Source: Epiperipatus broadwayi (Eukaryota > Animalia > Onychophora). Taken from it: a stretch of DNA of 64,000 nt. The position numbers were made by a program, and so were the translations under genes. This document shows, one piece after another, positions 37,577-48,808 of the stretch (positions within the stretch are counted from its first letter, which is position 1; each line of letters begins with the position of its first letter). The stretch lies in assembly GCA_028023455.1 (NCBI GenBank), contig JAQFVV010000007.1:3286001-3350000 (forward strand), written 5' to 3'. Below the pieces are notes generated by a model. The model did not search any database and was not told the DNA's origin. It was given only the letters and a program-made list of their open reading frames with translations.

Positions 37577-40500
37577 TATTGGATGAGTAGGCATTAGATA
37601 GGGATTTTATGCACAAGCCTTCTGGCATCCATTGATTACTCTGTTTAGCACAGGTGGCAATACTGTATGGAGAGTTTTGCTCTGAAGAAATATTAATGTG
37701 GCCCTCCGAGATGAAAAACTGGCTATTGCCATTTATGAATTTTAATGTTTTCATTTTATGTTTTTATTTTTGTTGTATAAATTGGAGTAGTTTATATTGA
37801 TACTGCATACATCACAATTTCACTGTAAATGCCCAACAATTATCATCTGAACTACAATATTCATGACCATACAATTAGTAGTTACCTATACATACATACT
37901 TATATACAATTATAAAAGATATTATATACAATATTCTACATTATGAATTTTAAAAATAACAAATTTTTCAATGAACCCAATACCTATATCATCATCATCA
38001 TCAGCAACCATTATCAATCCACTGCAGAATGAAGCTCTCTCCAAGTTCAATTCATCTTCTCCGATCTTTAGCTTCTCTTCTCCACATCACCACTGCACAC
38101 TTTCTCATCTCATCCATCCATCTCACATGTGGTCTCTTTCTGGGTCTTTTACAATCTCTTGGAAAACCGTTGAAGACTTCAATTGTCCATCTATTATCAT
38201 CTCTTCTAGCAATATGTCCAGCCCAACTCCACTTCAATCTTTGAATTTTTTTAATGAGATCAGTAATACCTGTTTGTTCTCTTACCCATACATTGCGTTT
38301 TCGATCTCTTCTTGTTACCCCCAACATGCATCTCTCCATATTTCTTTGAGTGGTCTGAAGTCTCTGTATTGCTCTTCTATTAAGTGTCCAAGTCTCAAAT
38401 CCATAAGTAAGAAATGGCAAAACCCACTTGTTAAAAACCTTCCTTTTCAAACACATCGGCATATTTCCTTTTAGTATCAAGTTATTTCTACCAAAAGCAC
38501 TCCAACCAAGTTTAATTCTATGATTAATTTCATCCATTATGTTTCCATCTGTATTAATAATCTGACCAAGGTATTTGTAACCATTAACTTCTTCTAATTC
38601 ATCACAATCAATATTTATTTTCATATTTTGAGCAAATCGACTAAACATTACTTTAGTGTTTATAACATTTATCTTTAGTCCTACTTTCCTACTGTCATCT
38701 GATAACTCCTGAAACATTTCCTGCAACTCTGAAGCATTATCTGCAAAAACAACTACATCATCTGCAAAATCTAAATGAATTAAATAATCTCCATTTACTT
38801 TCACTCCTTTAGTTTCCCATTTTAATCCACAAAATACTTCTTGCAGCACTGCTGTAAAAAGTTTTGGAGATATGGAGTCACCTTGTCTTACACCCATCTC
38901 AATGTTGACTTTCCCAATACCATTATGTAATCTAATTAATGCTGCTGCATTTTTATAAATATTCTTTAAAATATGACAATATCCTGGATCTATACCTTGA
39001 TGATCCAATGCTTTAATCACTGAAGAAATGTTTATAGAATCAAATGCCTTTTCATAATCTACAAATCCAAAACATAATGGCAACTCATATTCATTTGTCC
39101 TTTCTATAACTTCTCTCAATACCTGGATATGATCTACTGTGCTAAAACCACTTTTAAATCCAGCTTGTTCTCTTGGTTGGTGGAAATCCAATGTTCTCTG
39201 TAGACAAGTTGTAATTATCTAGGTAAAAATTTTGTATAAAACTGATAAAAGGCTGATAGGTCTATAATTTCTAATATCGTCTGTATCACCTTTTTTAAAT
39301 ATTAATATTATTACTGCATTCTTCCAATCATCTGGTACATCTTTATCATTTAGACATTTGGTATATAACTTTACTAAAAAAATTTCTATTTCTTCACCTG
39401 TTTCTTTTAATATATCAATTATAATTCCATCATTACCTGGAGCCTTTCCTTTCTTCATACATTTAATTGCATATTTCATTTCTTCATTTAAAAGTCTGGT
39501 CAATTCGGGAGATGTAATAGATATAGGAGATACTTGTTCTTTATTACTATATAATTCTTGATAAAAGTCTTCTACCTATTTCATGATGTCATCTCCTTTT
39601 TTTAGTAATAATTCCCTTATTGCAGATATAAATTTCCTACCAATACCAAAATGTTATTTTACATTCTTGAGACTTTTATTTTCTTCAACAGCTTTCCTCA
39701 CTAGTTCACAGTTATCCTTTCTTATATCATTTTCAATTCTTTTCTGCACCATTTTATAAAATTCAAGATATTCAATTCTTTTTAATGCATCATTTTTGTA
39801 TATCTTCATATTCCTTCTTTCCTTCATAAATTCTCTAGTCTCAGTAGAAATTTTATTGGTCAATTGCTGCTTTTTTTTTATTAGCTATCTTTGTTGCAGT
39901 TTTTAAAAGTGCATCAGTTATTTTTATATTAATTTCATTCAAATCTGAATCATGTTCAAAATCTACTAATACTTGAAACCGATTTGTAAGTTTTAATTTA
40001 AATTCATTAGAATGTTTCTGAAGATTAGGAATATCAACGATAGATATTGTTTTTCTTAATAATTTTTGTCTCTCTAGTTTTGCAATAACACGTATCTTAC
40101 ATCTTACTAATCGATGATCACTTCTTGTGTTAAATTTATAAAGAACATTACAATTTTGAAATATGTATTTTCTGTTAGTCAAAATATAATCCAATTCTGC
40201 TGTACCTTCATTTGGATGCTTCCGTGTCCCATTTCCTTTTAACATTTTTCTTAAAAAAAGAATTCATAATATAAAGTTTTTCTTTTTCTGCAAACTCCAC
40301 AAGTCTATGTCCTCTCTCATTTCTATTACCATAACCAAAATTACTTACAGCACTTTCATCTTTCATTTGTTTATCAATTCTAGCATTAAAGTCTCCGCAA
40401 CAATTTTAAAATGTTGTTTACTCTGATCAAAAGCCTTTTGTACATCCATATAAAAATCTTCTACTACTTCATCACTATGAGAACTTGTTGGGGCATAAAC

Positions 40501-40960
40501 CTGAATTATCTGCATTTGGTATCTGCTATTAAGTTGTATAACTAATCTTGCCACTGTCTGATACACCATCAATCTCCACAATGTTGTTCTTCCACTTTTT
40601 ATTTGTAATGAATCCTACGCCACTTGTATTTCCAATATTTGTGCCTTTATAATAGAGTACATGTCCACTTTTTAAATCAATTGCTTCTTCACCTTTTCTT
40701 CTAACTTCACAAAGTCCAATAATGACCCATTTAATATAAGACAGTTCTTCTTCTAATTCTTGCAATCTTCCTTCACTTGAAAGTGATCTGCAGTTGCAAG
40801 TACCTAAATAAAAAGTTGTCATCAAATGGCAGCCTAGGTCCACAATCAGGGGATTCTTAGCACCCTCTTCCTACGGCCACCAACTGCTGCCTTGGTTGGT
40901 GACTTTACAGCCTCCTGGGAATAAGGGCCATGATTTACTTTTGTCTGTCATAATTGTATA

Positions 40961-41826
40961 CACTTGGGTCTCTTTTTACGTGGACTTATTTAACACGATT
41001 TTGAAGTTACGCGATTCGTGTTTAGTCGATTTCCGATAATGCGCTATTACTTTAAATAATAAATTTCATGCACTTACGTTATATTGAAAGTAATAGCACA
41101 TTATTGGAATTCGACTTTCATCTGAATAATTTCAATATTTTCAGTGCTTTATAATAGTAAGATCTTATACAATAGTGAAATGAAAATCATGATTTCCACA
41201 TTTTATGTATATACATATTAAATTTTACAAGATTATAATGTAAATTTGTTCAAACATTGTGCGTGTTAATTTTGCATTTTAAATCACATTCTGTTTTTGC
41301 TTTTTAAAAAAGAACGCAATCAATTATTATTTTCTTATTAATGATACTAATCATTAATGTGCTCTTAAATTCCAACGAGAGCTAAATGGTTGTATGTCTG
41401 GATATCGCGAGCATCATAAAACAATTAATAAAATCGTCTCAAATATTAATTCCTAATTACGTTGTCACCAGAAAATCATAATAATTAAAACTGTATAAAA
41501 AAATGTAAATTACTGTAGTGTAAATTATGCATAAAAATATATTATTTTGAATAAAATTAAATATTATAGTTAAATAAAGTTTGTCTTGTATCAATTTTTT
41601 TCAAATTTGAAATTTTTTATTAGTCATATTTTATTTCCTTATTTTTTTTTTTTTTGCGCGAATTTTAAACTAATTTTACGTTGGTGCTTTGCTTTTATGC
41701 GAATTTTGAAAAATCACAGACCGCACCCCCCCCCCTTTTCAATGTAAGTTACGTCTATTTTGGCGCGATTTCGTTTGCGCATGTTTTCTGAGGAATCTAT
41801 CTATCGCGTAAAACGAGACCCAGGTG
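40961..41826. mobile_element. Tc1/mariner-superfamily (pogo/Tigger-type) MITE, 866 bp
   Basis: 20-bp TIRs CACTTGGGTCTCTTTTTACG / CGTAAAACGAGACCCAGGTG (2 mismatches) with a TA duplication. The empty site is visible in the paralogous RTE 5' UTR near 50540-50560. Confidence 0.9.
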
Positions 41827-41980
41827 TATATGTATTGGAAAAATATTTATCATTCACACAAACATTCATTCTGCCTTATCAGGCAACAGAGAAGAAGGAC
41901 CATGATGTTTCTTGATCTTAAACTCAGAGATAAAAAGCCAATAAACTCACCACGCTGGCTAATGCGTGTTGGTGAGCAGC

Positions 41981-42146
41981 CCATCAATGTTTGTATACTA
42001 TATAAATAATCACATAGTAATAACAGCTGCAACGACAAAAACGTATGGAGTGGTCATTAGGAATTTGCCCTGCTTGGTTCCTTTAAGGTCTCCAAGAGGA
42101 ATCAAAGGGTCTCCTTTCAGTTAATAGCAAACTTCTTTCTGCAGCC
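41981..42146 (-). ncRNA. HDV-like (CPEB3-type) ribozyme at the RTE 5' end
   Basis: Sense strand: P1 GGCTGCA/TGCAGCT with G1-U wobble; P2 CCACTCCAT/ATTGATGG (one mismatch); P3 ACG/CGT; L3 TTTTTGT; J1.1/4 GT; P4 TACTATGT/ATATAGTA; J4/2 CAAA with putative catalytic C at 41993; long J1/2 of about 90 nt. Confidence 0.75.
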
Positions 42147-42379
42147 AATACCTATAATATATTTTTATATATTTATAATTAATTTTAAATATGTAAGTAT
42201 AGATAAGCACTAATTGTATAGTCAGGAATATTGTAGCTCTGATAATGATTGTTAAGCAAGTTAAAATATTAAAGAAATGACAAAGAAATAAAATTTTATT
42301 TTATTAGATAGAATTGTAAAGTATTTAATGAAGGTGCAAAAAAAAAAATCACAGTGATTCAAATTATAGTACAGAAGAA

Positions 42380-43000
42380 GAATATAATTAATACTCTCGC
42401 ATCTACCAAATAAACCCATCGCAATTTTCACATACAAAAAGCTCTGACTTCAAAGCTACTAATTTTTGAAGTGGATGCTAAAATGTGGAAACACTAATGT
42501 CATCATAGGCATAAAACCTAGATCATTGATGAATAATATTATGTACTATCATCAGACAAATCATCATTTGAACTTTACTCCACTACTAAACTCAAGTCTA
42601 ACAATTGTTAAAAAAAAAAAAAAACACATGTCAACTGTATTGATAGGTAAGAAACATTTTCTGATGCATCTTTCATGATTTATGTGTGGTATTCTATTTA
42701 TTCAATTATTATTCTGCAACACAGGTATAAATAGTGTGAACATTTTAGAAGATGAAGTTTATATTTCATGGAGCAAAGATTATTTCCAGGTAATATTACT
42801 ATTTTCCAAGATAATAATCCTATAATTCATTTAGTTCAGACTATTAAAATGTTTAGAACATGAAACTAGAACTATATATTTCGTACAATCTTCCCAATCG
42901 TCCATTTAACATGTAGAAGGTTGATATTCTCTATTGACAAATCTCAAGATTTTGAAACTTTTCTCCATTAGGCATAAATTATATTCTTTTAGGCAGCATT
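42380..43000 (+). mobile_element. Decayed Tc1-like transposase remnant
   Basis: Fragments in order: VLSSDKSSFELY (cf. VxxSDESKF), GINSVNILED, IFQDNNPIIH (cf. FQQDNAPxH), then a decayed SPDLNPIE-like region. Multiple stops; no TIRs found. Confidence 0.5.
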
Positions 43001-44911
43001 AAAATGTTATACCACACAGAAGTCATATGGTTCTTGATAGCGATTTTATACCACATTAATAAAAAAGATCAGATATTCATTCCCATTATTTTATTCAAAG
43101 ATGATTGTATACTTAAATAGATGCATGATATTGTTACATTACATCATTTTTATCTACATAATGAGTTATAAAAGATATTTCAAAATATTTTAAATTATTC
43201 TCAGATACTTGCAAAAAAAATTCAGAGTGGATATGATATGATACAAAAATGACTTTTCCTTTAGACAAAGTTGTGAGTTTTTTTGTTTTGCATACATATT
43301 AAGTTCTCTATCCTAAGGCAGAATGGTATTTAAAAATCATGTCTAAAAACCTTAGTGGCCAAATTAAACTGTCCCTCTCTTTATTCATATTATATAAACT
43401 AATCAACTTTTTTCCAATTATTATTTCCTTTGATCTAACACAGTAATGTCAGGTCATCCTCTGTTTTAACATATACTACTGCATTTATAAGCTATCAAAT
43501 AAAATTATAAACAAAAATTAAAAACAGTAATTTTTTAAAATTAATCAGAAACATATTAATTTTGTATATATATTACATTTTTTAAATATAAATAGCATTT
43601 TCTTTTTTGAAAAGCTCTTCCCATCTCTTGCATTGTGATAATATATCAGTCATATTTTTTTCATTATAAATAATAAATCATTTTCTTAAAACCATTAATA
43701 TTTAGACATTAATTATCAAAATTTAACAATTACTTAGTAAACATGAAATTATTACATGAAATTATTAAATTTCATAAGCTGTATTTATAATACATAACTT
43801 TAAATTTATTTAAAGATTATATATGTGTTTTTTCTACTGAACTTTTTCAAATATACACTTTTTAATATATGCATACTAAATAATTACACCACTGAAGTTA
43901 CAATCTTTATAATTATTTTCCATAAATCAAATCTTAAGCATATGATGGGGCTTCTTCTCTTCATTTTGTTAACTTCAAAAATTTTAAATTTAATTTGAAA
44001 TTAGTAATTCAACGTGTAAATTTTACCAAGCATAAGAAAATTTGTAAACATCCTGTAAGTCATAAAATGATAATTATTAATTTCAGCACACTAAGTTGTT
44101 TTTTTTTTTCTTGAGAGAGTCTTACACACTAATACTTGCATTTGTAAATATACATAAAATATTAGATTTTTATATTTTTAATTATTTTTATTTATATCTT
44201 AGATTGTTTATATATTGTAGAATTTTAGATTAAACTATATTATAGGTACAAGCATATATATGTTATTAAGTGTCTGTTTTGCATGTTGAAAAAAAAAAAC
44301 ATATGAGCAATTATATGCTAATTTACAGTATTTGCTAGCAGGCTTGGAACAAGATATAGTGAATGTTGTGGCCCCAATAAATTATCTAATCATTATGATT
44401 CATAGTCAACCATTTAATGAACTAATTACATCTGATTTACAAAACTAATATTTAACATTATTTGCAAGATGAAAATTTTAAAAAAATATATTAAAAGATA
44501 ACTGATAAATCTTTTGTAACATTTTTAAGATCAGATATTATAGAGTAATAAATATTCGATAGAATGACAAAAAATGAATAAAATTCCACAAAGACTAGAA
44601 ATAAAAATTATACTGAAAACCTGTATTTTAATAATAATAGCATTTTAAAAATCTGAAATGTAAAAGTAAAAAAAAGAATTAAATAGAACTAAGTGAGCAC
44701 TGCATACACTGACAAATTTTTTAAACATCAGCATTTAAGGAAGAAACATTATAGTGCTTAAGCAAACAAAGCTATGAAAAAATACAAATGCTTAAAATAA
44801 AAAAAGTTTGAAACTAATACATTCTAATAATGAAGTTATAAACAGGAATGAGCATAGCAAAAAAATATTAATAGAAAAGCAGCCAAACGTAAGAAAATAT
44901 AATGTTAGCAG

Positions 44912-44976
44912 TTCTGGCATCCATTGATTACTCTGGCTTGCACTGAGTGGCAATACATATAGAGTTTTGCCTGTTT
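44912..44976 (+). repeat. Short dispersed fragment of retrozyme family 1 (no ribozyme core)
   Basis: TTCTGGCATCCATTGATTACTCTG...GTGGCAATAC...AGAGTTTTGC matches 37163-37230. A similar reverse fragment lies at about 32650-32690. Confidence 0.7.
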
Positions 44977-47214
44977 TAATAGCAGTAAAATTATTAATGT
45001 CATGTTTATAACAACTGAAAATAATGAAATCTGGATCAGTTAAAATATATTAGCTTGGAGAAATCATTTCTGTCACGAAGGTTTATTATTGCATACATCT
45101 AGCAATTTAATATTGTTTTAGAAAAAAAGATATGAAAATAGTAAGAAGAGATTAACTTTTTGAGATTAGGTTGAATATGAGCAATTTTCCAATAATATGG
45201 AGAAAAAAACTAATTTGCAAAATAGTTCAAACTGGTTTTTGAGCACTGGCGAAAATAAAATGCAATTATGAAGACAACAACAGGAATCTTACTTGTTTTG
45301 AAAAATTTCTATCATCAAGATTTATAAGAAAAGAAAAATAAGATAAAAACTATCAAAATTTTATACAGAATTAGAAATATATATATATATTATTTTGACA
45401 AATAGTTGCTCAACACAATCAATAATAAATTTATATTCACTGTGTCAACAAACAGTAAAAACTATATCTCTGCAATGTAAAAGTTTGTGAAACTAAAGTA
45501 TGGAATTTGATTTCAGTTGAATGGTAGATTTAGTAATGAAAAGTCTCATAACTGAATAATTTAACATCAAAGATAATAACAGAATTTTTGAAAAATTTTG
45601 AAACAAGAATTAATCTACTGAAAGGAAGCATTAAAGTTCCCATAAACCGAATGCATAAAATAAATCAATATGGGTCTAAAAATGCTGGAAATAAACACAA
45701 GGCTCATTAGAAAATTAGTTAATAACAATAATAATCTAAACGAACACTATTAAAGATAAAAAAAAATTTCAGAGTTTCTAGTTTAAAAGAAAAATCAAAT
45801 ACATTTAACAGATAGGAGAATGTCATGTAAAGCAGTGCATTAGATCAAATCTCTCCAAAATACAGCCCTCAATGAGAGTTTATGCTACCTGGCTAGAGCT
45901 GAATGAAAAATAAAATAACAATTTGAATTGAATGCTTATCAAATATTTTAATTCTATCACAGATGTTGATATTATTATCTAGTATTTTTATATCATTAAC
46001 ACCTATATATTTTTCAAATAGAAGATGTGTTAAAAAAAACAACCTTGCATTGTTTAGTAAATGAAGCTGAACTATTACAAAGCTCTTGTTAAAATGATAT
46101 ATTATAAATATGTTATTATATCTCGACTGCTGTTTCAATACAAATTTTGATAAACACCGTAACTTTTTTTTATAAATTTTGTGAATGCCTGCTAAATCTA
46201 ATTATGAGTAAGACTCCTTAATAATTTAGGTTTTTTTTTGTTAATGTAGCCCTTGGATTACTTAAGGTTGAGTAACTTTCTGTTAGATCATGGATGAAAA
46301 ATTTTAACCTTTCCTCTATAGTAAAGGTTTAGTTGATCAGATGAGAAAGCTGAGCTACAAACCATATGAAAACACTTTATTGCATAAAGGTTTGACTATG
46401 AATTTTAATCCAACAATTGGATTTGAAGTGAAATTACTTTTCTTTCCATTTGTTTTACAGGTCAACAGAATTCCTCTATTTCTTAATAGCTATATATAAA
46501 AATAAGACAAATTCCTTGATTTTGGCAGAAATTCAGTTTTTTTTATATTGTTTCTAGAAGATACAATTTACTTTCCATCAACTTAGTTTTTTTTTTATTT
46601 TATACCATACCTTCCATATTCTCATCTTTCTCTAAAATAACAAATATAGAATATTAGAAAATTTAAGAACTGTTGAAGCAAAAATCTTTACAATTTCATG
46701 TCAAAAAACAAATAAAATTGTTATTGCTATGTATATAAAAGACAGATTAATAATACACTCCAGATGTATAAAAAATGATTGGTCAAGATTTCAATCAGAA
46801 TAATTAAACTGCTCTAAAAGGAAAAGCACTAATTTTCTGATAAAGTAAAAGTTACAATCACAGTTATGTCTTGCTCAAAGAGCTAATATGTGAATGAATG
46901 AACTTGTTAATAAAATGTGACAGTTATAATATATTTTAGGATATAAAGAATGTAAAGAAGTTAAAAAACACAAAAATAAAACAAAAAAAATTAACTCAAG
47001 TAAACTCAAATGTAGGATAAAGATTAATGTGCTCATTTGTTATTATTCAGGAGTCAGACAGAAACACAACATTTTTTTCTTAGAAATAATATCACCAAGA
47101 ATTGAAAAAAAACCACACACACAAAAGAATATAAATGTGTATACACTAACTATATATATATACATATAATTTTAAAGAGTTTTTTTATTTAGATAAATGA
47201 TATAAAACACTAAC

Positions 47215-47469
47215 CTCTGGTAATTCACACCACAATGTGCGGTGACCACCTTTGCTTTCAGATTTTTGTAGTAATAACAGTGAAGATTTTGGATTGGTTG
47301 CCTCCTGCTTAGAAATATTTCTTGATTGTTCAATCACTGACTGACTCTTCTCCTCAAAAGCTCTACGAATGACATCACAATTATAATACTGATACAATGG
47401 TTCTGATTCCAGCTTCGATTTTTTCTTTTTGTCTTGTCTTAAAGGACTAGCCTGAGGACTAATAAAATT
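47215..47469 (-). CDS. Exn: Ephexin-family RhoGEF coding exon upstream of the DH domain
   Basis: Donor GTTAGT at 47214. Most likely acceptor ttttatttag at 47471-47470, though nearby AGs are possible. NFISPQASPLRQDKKKKSKLESEPLYQYYNCDV...GGHRTLWCELPE carries the family motifs PLYQxY and RTLWCELPEV. Confidence 0.88.
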
Positions 47470-48808
47470 CTAAATAAAATAAAAAATGCAAATTACTAAA
47501 TAAAATTGCTAGTGACAATTTTTCATTTATTTAATTTGTTTCTAAAAATTCACTTAGGAGATATTAAATAATAATAAACTACATCAAGATCCCTATTTTG
47601 AATATTAAACCAAGATTCTATAATTGAAGAATTATGGTATATAAAATGGAATTCTTACGAAGTTCCAAACAATTTATTTTTCCAACTCTAATAATAAAAT
47701 GAACTAGAGATTTCCTAGACCCAACTAGAGTCTCACCAACAAATTCGAGACAAGTTATGATCATTGAACTCAACTGCTTCAAAAACAAAATTTATGAACC
47801 ACTGCTCTACCTAAATGTAGTCAATCACAAAGGATGAACTATATGGTTAATGATAGCTGTATCTGTGGTTACAGTGGCACAAATAAAGGACTTGATAAAC
47901 CAGTGGTTGATTCTATTTTCTGGTTGAAATCTTTACAAATTCCTATGCAATATTTTGTTATCAGTTAAAGCAATAAAAAAAAATCTGTATGTTAAATAAA
48001 CAATAATAAAATAATAATAATAAAAAAATTACAAACATTAAACAAAATAGTGTACATATTAATTATTAAAATATATCACAGTAAAATAGATGAATCCCAT
48101 GATCATCATTTCTTCTGCTTACACAAGGAGGCAATAGCTAATATGGAATAGCAATTACGTTTCACTTTCCTCTTTCATAGAAGTATCATGTTATAGTGAG
48201 GATGAAATTCCTGAATTGATTTGTACACATATTGATGTACCTATTTATTTATACATTGGAGTAACTATTTCCTAAATTCAGTATTTCTTTGGTACATGAT
48301 ATTTCTCAATAAGTCTAAAAATAACGAATTACAAAAATATATATTTTAGCTAGTATGTTGTTCTCTGTTCAAAGGCAGAATGAAATAATTATGTGATAAG
48401 ATGGTCAAATGATAACATGTTGTCATTATAGAACATAATTTATTGCCAATATTTATTTTATTTATATATGTAGGAATACATTCTATAAAAAAAAATGTAA
48501 ACTCTTTTTCTTTTGTATTTGTTAAAGATCTGGAGCACTACTAATTAATGTATGTGTTAATATGACATAATGCTCATGACCTTAGTGATACCTCCTTTCT
48601 ATTTACAGAACCATAATGTAAGCCATAAATAAAATCAAGGGAAAATACAAATCATACTATTATGAATCACTGCTTAAATATTGGTTCTTAGCAATAAAAA
48701 AAAAAAAAAGATGTGAAGAAGTCGATCAATGCTTAATACTTCAAAAGTGCATTATTTTAAACACAAAATTAAATGACAAATCTAGATTGACCTAAGTGTA
48801 TATAAACT

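Larger units (their letters stand above)
36545..37681 (+). mobile_element. Non-autonomous Penelope-like/retrozyme element, family 1 (inverted segment plus about 2.1 tandem 437-457 bp units)
   Basis: 36541-36736 is the reverse complement of part of the unit. Direct units start ATTGATTACTC at 36737, 37174 and 37631. TSD CTGAAGAAATATTAA (36530-36544 and 37682-37696, ends overlapping the element). Each full unit has a hammerhead. No RT ORF. Confidence 0.85.
37989..42146 (-). mobile_element. Full-length RTE-clade LINE (APE + RT), inactivated, with MITE in the 5' UTR
   Basis: TSD CCAATACCTATA (37977-37988 and 42145-42156; the first CC may belong to the element). (CAT)n tail. 379-aa RT ORF 38052-39191 (FADD, LRW-like WSWAGHIARRDDNRW). 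APE start LGTCNCRSL near 40800. Stops and frameshifts elsewhere. Confidence 0.97.

Noticed and set aside
42630-42900. Apparent plus-strand nested gene (donor GTAAG at 42647, exon GINSVNILEDEVYISWSKDYFQ, donor GTAATA)
   Set aside because: The peptide pieces fit, in order, a decayed Tc1 transposase (SDxSxF, ILE, FQxxNxPxH), so the splice-like signals are probably chance.
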